Origin: a virus
Lineage: Duplodnaviria; Heunggongvirae; Uroviricota; Caudoviricetes
IMG/VR virus record: IMGVR_UViG_3300033074_000580
Coordinates: 159,270 to 223,269 of that record
Reading direction: 5' to 3' (one strand)
Length of the DNA stretch: 64,000 bases
Shown here: positions 45,414 to 55,503 of the stretch, piece after piece
Position numbering within the stretch: the first letter of the stretch is position 1
How the letters are laid out: each line of letters begins with the position of its first letter
The notes under the pieces: generated by a model
The model's database searches: none
The model's input: only the letters and a program-made list of their open reading frames with translations
What the model was told of the DNA's origin: nothing
Program-made: the position numbers and the translations under genes

Positions 45414-46136
45414 TTATACTAACTTAGTTTTATTTAATGGAGTATCGATGAATTTCCATTCATAAAACTTCTCACGGATTGTTTCAATTGATGGTGATGT
45501 TATTTCCCTTAATGTTGGTCTCATTATGATTATATCAAAATCCACAATCTTTGTTTTTAATCCCAATTTTGTGGATAACTTATATAATTGTTTATGTGGA
45601 TTAACTTCCGAAGAAACAACATCTAATTCACTTATGAATTTACACATCTCATTGTGGTTCCCAAAATAAAATGTATCTGTTAAAAGAAATGGCTTTGGTG
45701 AAACGTAACCACTAGCATTTATTAACTTATTACAATAGAGTGTGTCTATTTCGTTTAACTCACGAAATATTGAGTGGTCGTTTAATTCGAAATGAAGGTC
45801 AGGTCTTAATAACATTATAGAATCATAATGTTTATTACTTTCTTTCATCAACCTAAACGATTCCTTCCAATGATAAAACATCTTCTGTGTGTTCCCATTT
45901 AGAAAACTAACATCGTCTTGGTTTTTAATTGAAACTGTTGCGTTTGGTAATTGATTGAGAATCCTATCTAATGTGACATCTTCTATGATGTTAATGTTTA
46001 AATCGTTCCTTATCTGAATAGATTTATCCCAAGTTGAGACATAGACATCACAATCGTATTCATTTAAAAATTTCCACGATTTAATTGCAATGTCCAGTTC
46101 TCTATACTCACCAAAAACTAAAACGGCAATTCTCAT
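45414..46136 (-). CDS. hypothetical protein, paralog family A (240 aa)
   Basis: '[14 protein letters not shown]...YVSTWDKS' parallels 24641..25492. Confidence 0.55.
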   Translation of the reverse strand: MRIAVLVFGEYRELDIAIKSWKFLNEYDCDVYVSTWDKSIQIRNDLNINIIEDVTLDRILNQLPNATVSIKNQDDVSFLNGNTQKMFYHWKESFRLMKESNKHYDSIMLLRPDLHFELNDHSIFRELNEIDTLYCNKLINASGYVSPKPFLLTDTFYFGNHNEMCKFISELDVVSSEVNPHKQLYKLSTKLGLKTKIVDFDIIIMRPTLREITSPSIETIREKFYEWKFIDTPLNKTKLV

Positions 46137-46465
46137 AATGAAAAAGATTCACCACATCCACAAGTTCTACTTGCATTTGGATTACCCCAACTAAATCCCT
46201 TACCATTTAACCCGTCAGAATAATCTAGTTCGGTACCAAAAAGATATAATATTGATTTTCTATCAATAACCACTTTTAATCCTCCGTCCAATTGAACCAC
46301 TTCATCTGTGATATCTTCAACATCATCAAAATCCATCTTATATGAGAGTCCACTACATCCTCCGCCAATCACACTAACGCGAAGATGGTGGGTGTCGGGT
46401 GTTAAACCTTCACTCACCATCAATTCTAATAGGTGATGTAACGCTTTATCTGTTACAGTAATCAT
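46133..46465 (-). CDS. iron-sulfur cluster assembly protein, IscA/ErpA (HesB) family
   Basis: '[14 protein letters not shown]' and C-terminal 'CGCGESF' cysteines. Confidence 0.85.
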   Translation of the reverse strand: MITVTDKALHHLLELMVSEGLTPDTHHLRVSVIGGGCSGLSYKMDFDDVEDITDEVVQLDGGLKVVIDRKSILYLFGTELDYSDGLNGKGFSWGNPNASRTCGCGESFSL

Positions 46466-46469
46466 AATT

Positions 46470-46730
46470 TTATTCTATTAAATCTTCAATGTCAATATTA
46501 TGGTCGCCGATTGTTTTAAGTATGTTATCCATACACATATCAATAACATCATAAACCTCAACATCCTCATTTTTAAACTCTTTGAATTCTAATTCTCTTT
46601 CGAGTCTCTTTCTTAGATTCATTTCAATCTCCCAAAGAGCAAGTGCTAAGTCTGTTGATTTAATAGCACGTTTGTGTGCCATTTTATCATCATGGTCATT
46701 TAAGTCAAACTCTAAAATCGCTTTTGCCAT
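46470..46730 (-). CDS. hypothetical protein (86 aa)
   Basis: ORF track. Confidence 0.4.
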   Translation of the reverse strand: MAKAILEFDLNDHDDKMAHKRAIKSTDLALALWEIEMNLRKRLERELEFKEFKNEDVEVYDVIDMCMDNILKTIGDHNIDIEDLIE

Positions 46731-46930
46731 ATGTCACTAAGTTTTTTACCTGGTTTTATTACTTTACCGGTTTGTTCATCCATCATAGGTGCTCTCCACA
46801 TTTCAAATCCAATCCATATTATGGACACAGTTAATCCAATTAAAATGTAAATCATATAGTGGTTTTTTATTGTTCTATGTATTTTGGTTTCCAAAATTGC
46901 CACCATTTTCTTTTGATAATTGGTCGACAT
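46712..46930 (-). CDS. small TM protein (72 aa)
   Basis: hydrophobic segment. Confidence 0.35.
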   Translation of the reverse strand: MSTNYQKKMVAILETKIHRTIKNHYMIYILIGLTVSIIWIGFEMWRAPMMDEQTGKVIKPGKKLSDIWQKRF

Positions 46931-47205
46931 TCTGAAAATGGATTATCACCAAAATTCACCTTATTTAAATATTTTGAAGATAAAACATTAAAAAAGATTT
47001 CGTGATATTTTTCAGGTATTTTTGCGAAATCTGAAGATACTTCAACATTTATTGTTATTGGCCCATCCTCAGAATAGATTGTAAAATTTTCGGTTAATTT
47101 TACTATTTGTGATGTTTTTAAATTTATGAAGTCTCCATTACCTAAATGGAACTCCCCTTGCCTTTTACTCATTTTATTCAGTTTCGGTGAATAATATCTC
47201 CTCAA
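46867..47205 (-). CDS. hypothetical protein (112 aa)
   Basis: ORF track. Confidence 0.4.
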   Translation of the reverse strand: MRRYYSPKLNKMSKRQGEFHLGNGDFINLKTSQIVKLTENFTIYSEDGPITINVEVSSDFAKIPEKYHEIFFNVLSSKYLNKVNFGDNPFSECRPIIKRKWWQFWKPKYIEQ

Positions 47206-47449
47206 ACTTTTGTGCTGAGAGACTGTCTTTTTCTTTTAAAATTTCAAGTGCCATTTCATATCTTCCTAAGTTACTTTGAAGTATGAATAATGAATCTTGT
47301 AATTCTTCTTTTTGAATATCTCCACCACTAACGTGGTACTTATCGGTTTGACATTTTTTTAGTTCGTCAATTGAGTTTACATATTTGATTGATATTATTG
47401 TAAACCCAATTAAAAGACTTACGATGTAAAATTTTACTTGTGATGACAT
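47174..47449 (-). CDS. membrane-anchored protein (91 aa)
   Basis: N-terminal TM segment. Confidence 0.4.
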   Translation of the reverse strand: MSSQVKFYIVSLLIGFTIISIKYVNSIDELKKCQTDKYHVSGGDIQKEELQDSLFILQSNLGRYEMALEILKEKDSLSAQKFEEILFTETE

Positions 47450-47451
47450 TT

Positions 47452-47721
47452 TTATAAGTTTTGTATTTCGATTAGTAAATCGGTTACTTCATCTTCTGTT
47501 AGATGTCCTCTTACATCACCTTGAGCTACGGGATTCTCATAATGTAGTTCACCTTCAGAATCTAAAACCGCCAATTCGTATAAACCGGCAGGACCACCGT
47601 ATGAATATGTGTGAGATACAACAGAAGCTCCCCATCCATTTTCAAAATTGATGCGACCAGTTTTTCCTTTCATAAAATCATCTGAAATGATTTCAAATTG
47701 AATGTCTTTAAATGTTTTCAT
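47452..47721 (-). CDS. hypothetical protein (89 aa)
   Basis: ORF track. Confidence 0.4.
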   Translation of the reverse strand: MKTFKDIQFEIISDDFMKGKTGRINFENGWGASVVSHTYSYGGPAGLYELAVLDSEGELHYENPVAQGDVRGHLTEDEVTDLLIEIQNL

Positions 47722-47732
47722 TTTATTTATGT

Positions 47733-47897
47733 TTAAAATATTTCCTCCGCAATTCCTAAAACTTCAGCAAGTCCCAATAAAATTGCCGCAACTTCTAAGT
47801 GTCCTTGGAAAAGAGAAAAACAGGCACCAAATCTGATGCCTGATTTAAAAATACTTATCCAAAAATGACTATTTGATTTTGATTCTTTCGGTTCCAT
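47733..47897 (-). CDS. small hypothetical protein (54 aa)
   Basis: manually read ATG ORF MEPKESKSNSHFW... Confidence 0.3.
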   Translation of the reverse strand: MEPKESKSNSHFWISIFKSGIRFGACFSLFQGHLEVAAILLGLAEVLGIAEEIF

Positions 47898-47910
47898 AAA
47901 TCTAATATAG

Positions 47911-48888
47911 TTATTTTTTCTGAGATTTCAAAATTTGTTTATTATTTAAGAAACTATAGATGTGACCAGTCACTGGAATACACCATCCGTTACCAATCAT
48001 CTTGATTCTTTTGGTTGCGGTCACACCTTCAACGTTAGTATATCCCGCTTTAAGTCCTTGAAGTACTTCCGCTTCCATAATGGTTAATTGTTTAATCTCA
48101 CCAGATTCTGTCTCATAAAATCCTGTGCCAAATGATTCACCCTTTCTATTTGTTGAACCAAGTTGTGTAACTAAACAATTTGATTTACCATCAATTCGAG
48201 TTGTTTTCGGATAAAAATATTTTCCATCTTTACCTTTACGACCTCTAAAACCAACACCATTCTTTGCACCATTAACAATATTACCAATTGTTATTCCTCT
48301 ATCTTCAGGTACTTGTACTCCTTCAATATCTGTCCAAAATAAACGAATACGACTTTGTCCCCAAACACGAGCTGCGTCAAATACAATTGGTTTAACACCT
48401 AACGCGTCACTAATAACATTCTCCCACTTCTTTGTCATCTTAACGTTTTCTAACAAGAAATTAAGAACTGGTAAACCTCTTTCAATTTGTAGGTCGCGAA
48501 TACCACGATATAACCTAACGAATTCCCAAAACAAATATGATTGACCTTCGAATTCAAATCCTTCAGATACCAATTGTTCATAATGTTCTAAAGTTAAAAT
48601 GTCAATCTCAGTTGTGGTTGAGAAACCTTTTTTCTTACCCATAAATGATAGACATTGACATGGTGAACCTCCATCAATAACGGTTACATCTAAAAAATCT
48701 TCGGGTTTAAGATTACGAACATCACCAACTTGAATAGTATCGGGAAAATTTGCGTTCAATACTTTGATTGAAGACTCTTCCACTTCACTACTGTAATGTT
48801 TAACAACATTTAATCCAGCATACTCAGCAGATAATCTTGACCCGCCATAACCAGCAAATAGAGATAAAAATACGTGTTCTTTTTTCAT
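47911..48888 (-). CDS. DNA (cytosine-5) methyltransferase
   Basis: 'LSLFAGYGGS', 'GGSPCQCLSF' and 'LLENVK'. Confidence 0.85.
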   Translation of the reverse strand: MKKEHVFLSLFAGYGGSRLSAEYAGLNVVKHYSSEVEESSIKVLNANFPDTIQVGDVRNLKPEDFLDVTVIDGGSPCQCLSFMGKKKGFSTTTEIDILTLEHYEQLVSEGFEFEGQSYLFWEFVRLYRGIRDLQIERGLPVLNFLLENVKMTKKWENVISDALGVKPIVFDAARVWGQSRIRLFWTDIEGVQVPEDRGITIGNIVNGAKNGVGFRGRKGKDGKYFYPKTTRIDGKSNCLVTQLGSTNRKGESFGTGFYETESGEIKQLTIMEAEVLQGLKAGYTNVEGVTATKRIKMIGNGWCIPVTGHIYSFLNNKQILKSQKK

Positions 48889-48974
48889 GTTTATTTTGTT
48901 TATTAGTTTAACAACACAACAAATTTATGTGATTATTTTTAATATACAAAAATATTTTAGAATATTTTTTAAAA

Positions 48975-49006
48975 AAATAAAAAACCCATTGAAAATCAAT
49001 GGGTTA
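48975..49006 (-). terminator. minus-strand terminator
   Basis: A-run, then AACCCATTGAaaaTCAATGGGTT. Confidence 0.65.
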
Positions 49007-50396
49007 TGAAATCGTATTTTTCTTTTTTCCAATCAAAGGTTAGATGTTTTTCCATCCTATCGGTTAGAATATCAATTGCCCTTTGGAATAAATCCTCGTC
49101 GACTGCGGTATTCGCTTTACCATAACTCTGTATTAGTTTACCCTTTTTATATTGTAGGTTAATCTTTTTTCTTTTATGTGACATAGATACGAAAACATAA
49201 ACGGCTCCGTGTAAGAATTGTTTGGCCATGCAGTTCTTCATATTATAACCCTCAATTCTATAATCCTCTTCCGAAACCAATACAGTTGGTTTATAAAGTT
49301 TATCATCGACAACAATCTCTTCTTCAATAACATCAATAAACTCCTTTGGTAAATCATACTTTATTTTATATCCTCTGGTGAAATGTAATTTTACTCCTGA
49401 CCAAGTCTCCATATGATTTTCAAAATCACTATCCGTTTTCGCTTTATATCTTAAATCAATTCCTTTTGATTCTAATAATTCACGGATTGAGAATAATTTA
49501 TTTAGTGAATAAACAAGTGAATCACTTTTTAATGTTTCGGTTTCCCAATTTTCTATTGTCTTTACCATACACATTTTTTCCGATTCATTTTTCAATTCAT
49601 GTATTCTTTTATTGGGAGGTAGTTCATAACAATGTTTTTCCCAATTAAATTGTTTCAAGTAGTCAATATGATTACTCCCAAATAATTTACAGATGTAATT
49701 TAAAGATTGTATGTGTATTGGTTTATTTGTATTCTTGTTTAACTCTCCAATCAAATATTTTGATTTAATTCCGTATGAATCTAATATTGCAGGAAGAAAT
49801 TTAAAATCATTTTTCTCTAACCATTTTTTCTTTGGGTAATTGTGTTGGATGTCATAGTATATACCATCGTGAGATTTAATTCCCTTCACATCTAAATGAT
49901 AATCCACCATTAAATCATATAATCTATTTATCTTGGCGTCGTTTAGATAATTCTTTGTTCTATAATATTCTAACGTAAAATTGGGTTGTAGAATTTCAAC
50001 CAGTAGTTTCATAATTGAATCTTGTGCTCTGTGGAATTTAACACCCCAATACCCGATTCTTTTTTCACCTCGAACAAAACCATTTTCACACAAATCGAAA
50101 ATCAAACTGAAATCATTTCTTTTGGAAATTGTTTTATTTTTAAATGATTTTTCAGTTGTTAAATTATCATTCTTTATGGAGTATGTGGTATTGATATCTC
50201 CGTTGTTGATGTTTAAACATAGTTGATGTTGGAAGAATACTTTCTTTCTATCTCCATATCTACTATATTCAAAATCGTACTTAGCGTCAAATATCAAAAC
50301 GGAATCATCTTGTAATAATTGTAATTCACATAAAGATTTTGTTAAACCTTTATCGGTCTTTTCTTGTGTGTGTCTAAATAATAAATCCATATACAA
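48996..50396 (-). CDS. hypothetical protein, paralog family B (466 aa)
   Basis: shares central and C-terminal blocks (including an 'EG-x2-M-x-[NH]-C' motif) with 50427..52286. Confidence 0.6.
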   Translation of the reverse strand: MYMDLLFRHTQEKTDKGLTKSLCELQLLQDDSVLIFDAKYDFEYSRYGDRKKVFFQHQLCLNINNGDINTTYSIKNDNLTTEKSFKNKTISKRNDFSLIFDLCENGFVRGEKRIGYWGVKFHRAQDSIMKLLVEILQPNFTLEYYRTKNYLNDAKINRLYDLMVDYHLDVKGIKSHDGIYYDIQHNYPKKKWLEKNDFKFLPAILDSYGIKSKYLIGELNKNTNKPIHIQSLNYICKLFGSNHIDYLKQFNWEKHCYELPPNKRIHELKNESEKMCMVKTIENWETETLKSDSLVYSLNKLFSIRELLESKGIDLRYKAKTDSDFENHMETWSGVKLHFTRGYKIKYDLPKEFIDVIEEEIVVDDKLYKPTVLVSEEDYRIEGYNMKNCMAKQFLHGAVYVFVSMSHKRKKINLQYKKGKLIQSYGKANTAVDEDLFQRAIDILTDRMEKHLTFDWKKEKYDFITH

Positions 50397-50426
50397 AAGA
50401 TATATGGATTTATTGATATTGTGTAG

Positions 50427-52286
50427 TTAAAAAGGTAATCTAAATTCGGCTTGTCTGGGTCCCCTATCGTCTAAATTTATTTCCATCCCATTTATTTTTA
50501 CCGGTACTTTCTTTTTCTCCTTCCAATTTAATGTACCCCATCTTGCGTGTAATCTAATTTTATCATCTAACAACAATAACCCATCATTAAATGTTTCAGG
50601 TGGAACTTTATTACAGAAATGTCTTTTTTGTATTGGTTTACCATTTTGAATTTCATATTCCACAGTAACCCTATCTGAACCATCTTCATTTCTTAAAGAT
50701 ACAATCATTGACTTATCTTTATCTGCATATGATGCAACACAATGGTGCATGAAATCACCTTCTTCAACATATTCTTCTTCTCTTTTCAAAATGACAGGAT
50801 ACAATGTATGTAAAGACTTATCGTCATATAAACATTGAATAGGTTCTTCAATATCTTTTAATGTTTTCTCATCGTATTGATATTCAATTACCCATCCCTT
50901 TCTAATCCCGCTTAATATTTTTGAAAGTTCTCTATGTTCTTCATTGAACTCTTTCATGCTTTTTGCTTTCATGAAGATATCGGGAATGTATTTTCTTATT
51001 TTGTCAATCATATTAAAATGGTCATCATACATTCTTATAGATTGTCCCGATAATATATTTCTATTAGTACTATCATCAGACAATACTCTGATTAAATTTT
51101 CCTTTTCAATATCAGATAATGGTGTATATCTTTGTTGTGAAGAAAAATGTAATAATGTTTCTTTAGTTATACCACCATATGAATATGGTGTATCTGTTCT
51201 TGATGACCTACTTAAAACATCATCGTTTAGATTACCCAAATACTTTGAGTAGTTATCTCCCAATCTATTGCATAACCAATGAAGACCTTCCAAATCTATG
51301 TTAGGGTATTTGTGTACAATTTTGATTGTTGATTTTGATTTTAAACCGATAGTGTCTAATACCGATGCAACTAATTTTCTATCGTTCTTTTTAAGATACT
51401 TTTCGGTAGGGTAAAATTTAGACAAAAGATATTCAATGTCACCATCAGGAATTCTTATTTGTTTCTTTTCAACAAAGAATGACATTAAATCGGTTGTAAA
51501 TTTATTTGGGTTTGTTGTATAGTTTACAAATAATTTTGGTTTGTTACCAAATAATAACTCATGTATTTTTGAGGTGAATTCAACATCATTAAATGAATTT
51601 ATCATTTCATTATATAACCTAGATTTCTTTTTGAAATTCTTAGCAACATTAAAAAATGAATAATTGGATATTGCGGTGTTATTCAACATCATAAAAGAGT
51701 TTGTTCTAAATTTTGAATTGGAGTTTCGTCCATTTTTACTCTTTTCTAATATTGTGAAATTACCGGTCTTCGTGTTTATAGTTACCGAAAACACGTGGTA
51801 ACTCTTTTTAAAATAAATTGAATTGAATTTTCTATACTTTGAGCCGTGATAGATTTTAATGGTAACCTTATCCCCAAATTTTCTAACTGACCTTTCGGTT
51901 GTTGTTATTGTAACCTCCGAAAATGGATTACCATAGTGTCTTTTTATTTGTCTGTCATTTATAGTATCAAATTCGTAAATAGCAAAATTTAGGTTGAATC
52001 TTTCAACCACGTCACTATTCTCATAAAAGAAATGCGTTTTCTTTTTACCGTTTTTAGTTGGGAAATTGACTACCCTTCCTTTTACTGGTTCCGGTTCCCT
52101 AAGAACAGAGGACAACAATTTTTCATTAGTTGTATACGAATCATCAAAAAATTCCTCCTCGTCTTCAAACCCATCCAAGTTGACATGCATTGAATTAAGT
52201 GAGGTTTTCTTTTCAGTTAATTTAGAATAATCTCTAAATAACGTGATAGTTGCATGACTAAATTTTTCGGTATATATTTCCTCCAT
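50427..52286 (-). CDS. hypothetical protein, paralog family B (619 aa)
   Basis: paralogous to 48996..50396. Confidence 0.6.
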   Translation of the reverse strand: MEEIYTEKFSHATITLFRDYSKLTEKKTSLNSMHVNLDGFEDEEEFFDDSYTTNEKLLSSVLREPEPVKGRVVNFPTKNGKKKTHFFYENSDVVERFNLNFAIYEFDTINDRQIKRHYGNPFSEVTITTTERSVRKFGDKVTIKIYHGSKYRKFNSIYFKKSYHVFSVTINTKTGNFTILEKSKNGRNSNSKFRTNSFMMLNNTAISNYSFFNVAKNFKKKSRLYNEMINSFNDVEFTSKIHELLFGNKPKLFVNYTTNPNKFTTDLMSFFVEKKQIRIPDGDIEYLLSKFYPTEKYLKKNDRKLVASVLDTIGLKSKSTIKIVHKYPNIDLEGLHWLCNRLGDNYSKYLGNLNDDVLSRSSRTDTPYSYGGITKETLLHFSSQQRYTPLSDIEKENLIRVLSDDSTNRNILSGQSIRMYDDHFNMIDKIRKYIPDIFMKAKSMKEFNEEHRELSKILSGIRKGWVIEYQYDEKTLKDIEEPIQCLYDDKSLHTLYPVILKREEEYVEEGDFMHHCVASYADKDKSMIVSLRNEDGSDRVTVEYEIQNGKPIQKRHFCNKVPPETFNDGLLLLDDKIRLHARWGTLNWKEKKKVPVKINGMEINLDDRGPRQAEFRLPF

Positions 52287-52357
52287 GGTTATATGTTATT
52301 ATGGTACAATAATATGAAAAATATTTGACATATACTTATATACATAAATGTTTTTTT

Positions 52358-52492
52358 ATGGCAAAAGCAAAAGGTAAAGGTGGTGCATCTTCAATGAAGA
52401 TTACCTTCGGAAAAAGGAAGAGCGGAAGGTCTCAAAAATCTTGGGGTCCTAAGGCTCAAAAACCTAAGAAATATAGAGGTCAGGGTCGTTAA
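52358..52492 (+). CDS. Lys/Gly-rich basic micro-protein (44 aa)
   Basis: manually read: MAKAKGKGGASSMKITFGKRKSGRSQKSWGPKAQKPKKYRGQGR; hairpin plus T-run follows. Confidence 0.3.
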   Translation: MAKAKGKGGASSMKITFGKRKSGRSQKSWGPKAQKPKKYRGQGR

Positions 52493-52965
52493 TTTAAACG
52501 TCCTGCCCCCTTATATGAGCGTAGGTAACGGGGTTCAAATAAGCTACTTATTTTAACCCCTTCCTTTTTATTTGCGGCATGAGCGAAAGTATCGTTACCC
52601 AAATACAACCCACAATGCCAACCACTTGGACTTTGTCTACTTCTAAAGAATACTATATCTCCAACCTGTAAACTATCTTTCTTTACTCTTTTGGTTTGAT
52701 TCCATTGTTCTGCACAATTTTTACCCAATTTCAAACCATAAACCTCCCAATATAATTTTTTAGTAAATTGGGAGCAGTCAATACCTCTTTTGGTACTACC
52801 ACCTAAACGATATTTTACCCCATACCATTCCATTACAAATGATGTTAATGGGGTTAATTTTGTTGGGTTTAGTTTACTGTATTCGACATAATCTATAAAT
52901 TGATTTTGACCATATCCAATAGACCCAATCATTAAAAATGTAATAATAAATGTAATTTTTTTCAT
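52489..52965 (-). CDS. NlpC/P60-family peptidase with signal peptide
   Basis: 'GIDCSQFTKKLY' catalytic Cys, downstream His; start set at the signal peptide MKKITFIITFLM. Confidence 0.7.
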   Translation of the reverse strand: MKKITFIITFLMIGSIGYGQNQFIDYVEYSKLNPTKLTPLTSFVMEWYGVKYRLGGSTKRGIDCSQFTKKLYWEVYGLKLGKNCAEQWNQTKRVKKDSLQVGDIVFFRSRQSPSGWHCGLYLGNDTFAHAANKKEGVKISSLFEPRYLRSYKGAGRLN

Positions 52966-52966
52966 A

Positions 52967-54013
52967 CTAATTTGATAAAGGTGCTTTAATTGTTGGGTGT
53001 GATTCATAATTTACTAATGTAAAATCCTCTAATTTATACATCGGTAAGGAATCACCTTCCAATCTTTTAACATTTTCTTCTATTTTCAATAATGGTAGAT
53101 TCTTAAAAGGTTCTCTACTAATTTGTTCTTTTGCCTGTTCAATATGGTTTGAGTATAAATGAACGTCTCCCAAATTACCAATCAACTCATCTGGAACCAT
53201 ACCCACCTCTTTGGATATAATTTCCAATAATAAACCATATGATGCGATATTAAATGGTAAACCTAAAAATGTATCCACACTTCTTTGATTCCACATTAAA
53301 GAGATTGCTCGTTTTGGGACCGGATATAATTTATCAATTTCTTCATGGTCTACTTTGTGGAAATCAAACGGCTCAAATAAATTACCATAAGTTTTTGATG
53401 CTAAATCTAATCTTTCTTCAATATTTAACTCTCTAGTATAAACTTGAAATCCATAATGACAAGGTGGTAAAACCATTTGGTCTAACTCACCTACATTCCA
53501 AGCCGATACCATTAACCTTCTACTATCAGGATTTGTTTTAAGTTCGTTAATTAAGTTTTGGATTTGGTCTGTTCCCCAAGTGTGATTTGGTTTAGTCCAA
53601 TCTCTCCATTGCTTACCATAGATTGGTCCTAATTCACCCCATTTTTCTGCAAACTCATCATCGGTTTTGATTTTATCAACAAATAGTTCTTTGGTTAGTT
53701 GACTTTCATTACCAAACCATTCGGTCATTTTCTTTTGGTAATTCTTATAAGCATCCCCATCCCAAATGTGACAACCATTATCAATCAGATATTTTATATT
53801 TGTGTCTCCACGTAAAAACCATAACAATTCAATTACCATTGTTTTCCACGCCATCTTTTTAGTTGTAAGTAATGGGAAACCTTGGGACATCTTATGACGA
53901 ATTTGACGACCGAATACTGATATAGTACCAGTTCCCGTTCTATCGGTTTTAACAATCCCATTATCGATGATATCTTGTAATAGTTCTTGATATTTGATGT
54001 CTAATGTATTCAT
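52967..54013 (-). CDS. thyA: thymidylate synthase (ThyA family) carrying a ~40-aa insertion
   Basis: 'DRTGTGTISVFG', 'PPCH', 'FLGLPFNIASY' and 'GDVHLYSNH' conserved blocks. Confidence 0.9.
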   Translation of the reverse strand: MNTLDIKYQELLQDIIDNGIVKTDRTGTGTISVFGRQIRHKMSQGFPLLTTKKMAWKTMVIELLWFLRGDTNIKYLIDNGCHIWDGDAYKNYQKKMTEWFGNESQLTKELFVDKIKTDDEFAEKWGELGPIYGKQWRDWTKPNHTWGTDQIQNLINELKTNPDSRRLMVSAWNVGELDQMVLPPCHYGFQVYTRELNIEERLDLASKTYGNLFEPFDFHKVDHEEIDKLYPVPKRAISLMWNQRSVDTFLGLPFNIASYGLLLEIISKEVGMVPDELIGNLGDVHLYSNHIEQAKEQISREPFKNLPLLKIEENVKRLEGDSLPMYKLEDFTLVNYESHPTIKAPLSN

Positions 54014-54639
54014 ATTAAATTTTTTCTTTCTGATTTTGTTTGTATAATTTTCATTATGTCTTCTGCCAATTGCTTTTGACCCTTTTCCGAAAAATGACCA
54101 TCAACCAATTCAAAATTCGTTTCATCACCTATTGTGTGATAACCACCAAAAGGATAACAATTTAATTTAGTGGTAAACGGTGTCCAATGAATTATGGTAT
54201 TGTGGGTGTTTGTTAGGTTAATATAATCAATCCAATAATTTACCTCATTTAAAAACTTATCAGACATTCTATTAACAAACATTTCTTCTACCGTTCTTTC
54301 TGAAATGTCCAAATCATCTAATACGTTTTTAAAATTTGGCACCATTGTAATCCATTCCCCACTTTTGGTTACAACTCTAAACCTTTCAATTGACGACCAA
54401 TTTATTAGTACTATATCATCACTTTTTATTTCTGAATAATGTTTAAAGAATGATTCCAAAATTGAGTAGTTATCATTTCCACCAACACCATAATTTATGA
54501 GGTCACATCCTAATTTCTCCGATATAATTTCTGAAAATATTTTAGGTTTATAACCTTTCCACTTCACATAAGAAGTTGACCATATGGCATACTCATTGTA
54601 ACCTTCACTAAAACTATCTCCGAATGTAAACAACTTCAT
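54010..54639 (-). CDS. SGNH/GDSL-like hydrolase
   Basis: 'LFTFGDSFSEG'. Confidence 0.6.
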   Translation of the reverse strand: MKLFTFGDSFSEGYNEYAIWSTSYVKWKGYKPKIFSEIISEKLGCDLINYGVGGNDNYSILESFFKHYSEIKSDDIVLINWSSIERFRVVTKSGEWITMVPNFKNVLDDLDISERTVEEMFVNRMSDKFLNEVNYWIDYINLTNTHNTIIHWTPFTTKLNCYPFGGYHTIGDETNFELVDGHFSEKGQKQLAEDIMKIIQTKSERKNLI

Positions 54640-54640
54640 A

Positions 54641-55009
54641 TTAAAACTTACTAATGCTTAATCTTTGTTTATTCTCTTTTTCAATTTCACGAGAATATTT
54701 TTCTTTCATTCCAGTAACTCTATGAATATCTCTATATGCCTCAATATGATAATCGTGTAAATAATTCATCATAAATTCATACTCACCAATTATATCATCA
54801 TAACGTCTTTCTTTTGAATCCCAACCATCTTCTTCAGACTTTAAGGTTCCCTCTAAATTACTTATTACGGTTTGTAATGAATCTTCTTTACAATTTGTTT
54901 TAATAGTATCATATGCTATTTCTGGTTTATCATAAATCATATAGATTGATGAGGTCACCATTAACATAAACACTAAAATGTGCCAGGTTTTAACTTCGTT
55001 ATTTTTCAT
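54641..55009 (-). CDS. membrane-anchored protein (122 aa)
   Basis: N-terminal TM segment. Confidence 0.45.
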   Translation of the reverse strand: MKNNEVKTWHILVFMLMVTSSIYMIYDKPEIAYDTIKTNCKEDSLQTVISNLEGTLKSEEDGWDSKERRYDDIIGEYEFMMNYLHDYHIEAYRDIHRVTGMKEKYSREIEKENKQRLSISKF

Positions 55010-55214
55010 TTGTATAATATGGATTTATTTGAAATTGTATTCCCATAAAAAATGTTAACCATCTTACACTAAACCCAATTGCTGGTGTGTAACATCCTGT
55101 TGAAAAAAATACATCTTTTCTATAAAAGAAAACAATCGTTGGTATGATAAACCAATGATATTTCTTATTATAAAGAAAGAAGTCTGTCAAATACTTTGGT
55201 TCTCTATTCTTCAT
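54999..55214 (-). CDS. small membrane protein (71 aa)
   Basis: ORF track; hydrophobic. Confidence 0.3.
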   Translation of the reverse strand: MKNREPKYLTDFFLYNKKYHWFIIPTIVFFYRKDVFFSTGCYTPAIGFSVRWLTFFMGIQFQINPYYTNEK

Positions 55215-55503
55215 TATTTCTTTTAAAATATGGTTTTAACTTTTCTTTTATTGCGTCATAGTGAACCATGGCAAACCACTTACCAACAATACTACCCATA
55301 ATATAAAAAATTATACCTAGATAATCACCTCTGAATAAACCATCTAATGAATAGTAGGTTGACCCTAATGCCATTAAATTTATCCAAACACTATTGACCA
55401 ATAAACTTTTTATTTTATTCTCATATGTAAACCTTATCTCCATTACTTTGAAGATGTTAAACATAATTTGAAAAAATAAAATTAGTAAATAATTATTCAT
55501 CAT
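55204..55503 (-). CDS. membrane protein (99 aa)
   Basis: three hydrophobic segments. Confidence 0.4.
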   Translation of the reverse strand: MMNNYLLILFFQIMFNIFKVMEIRFTYENKIKSLLVNSVWINLMALGSTYYSLDGLFRGDYLGIIFYIMGSIVGKWFAMVHYDAIKEKLKPYFKRNNEE

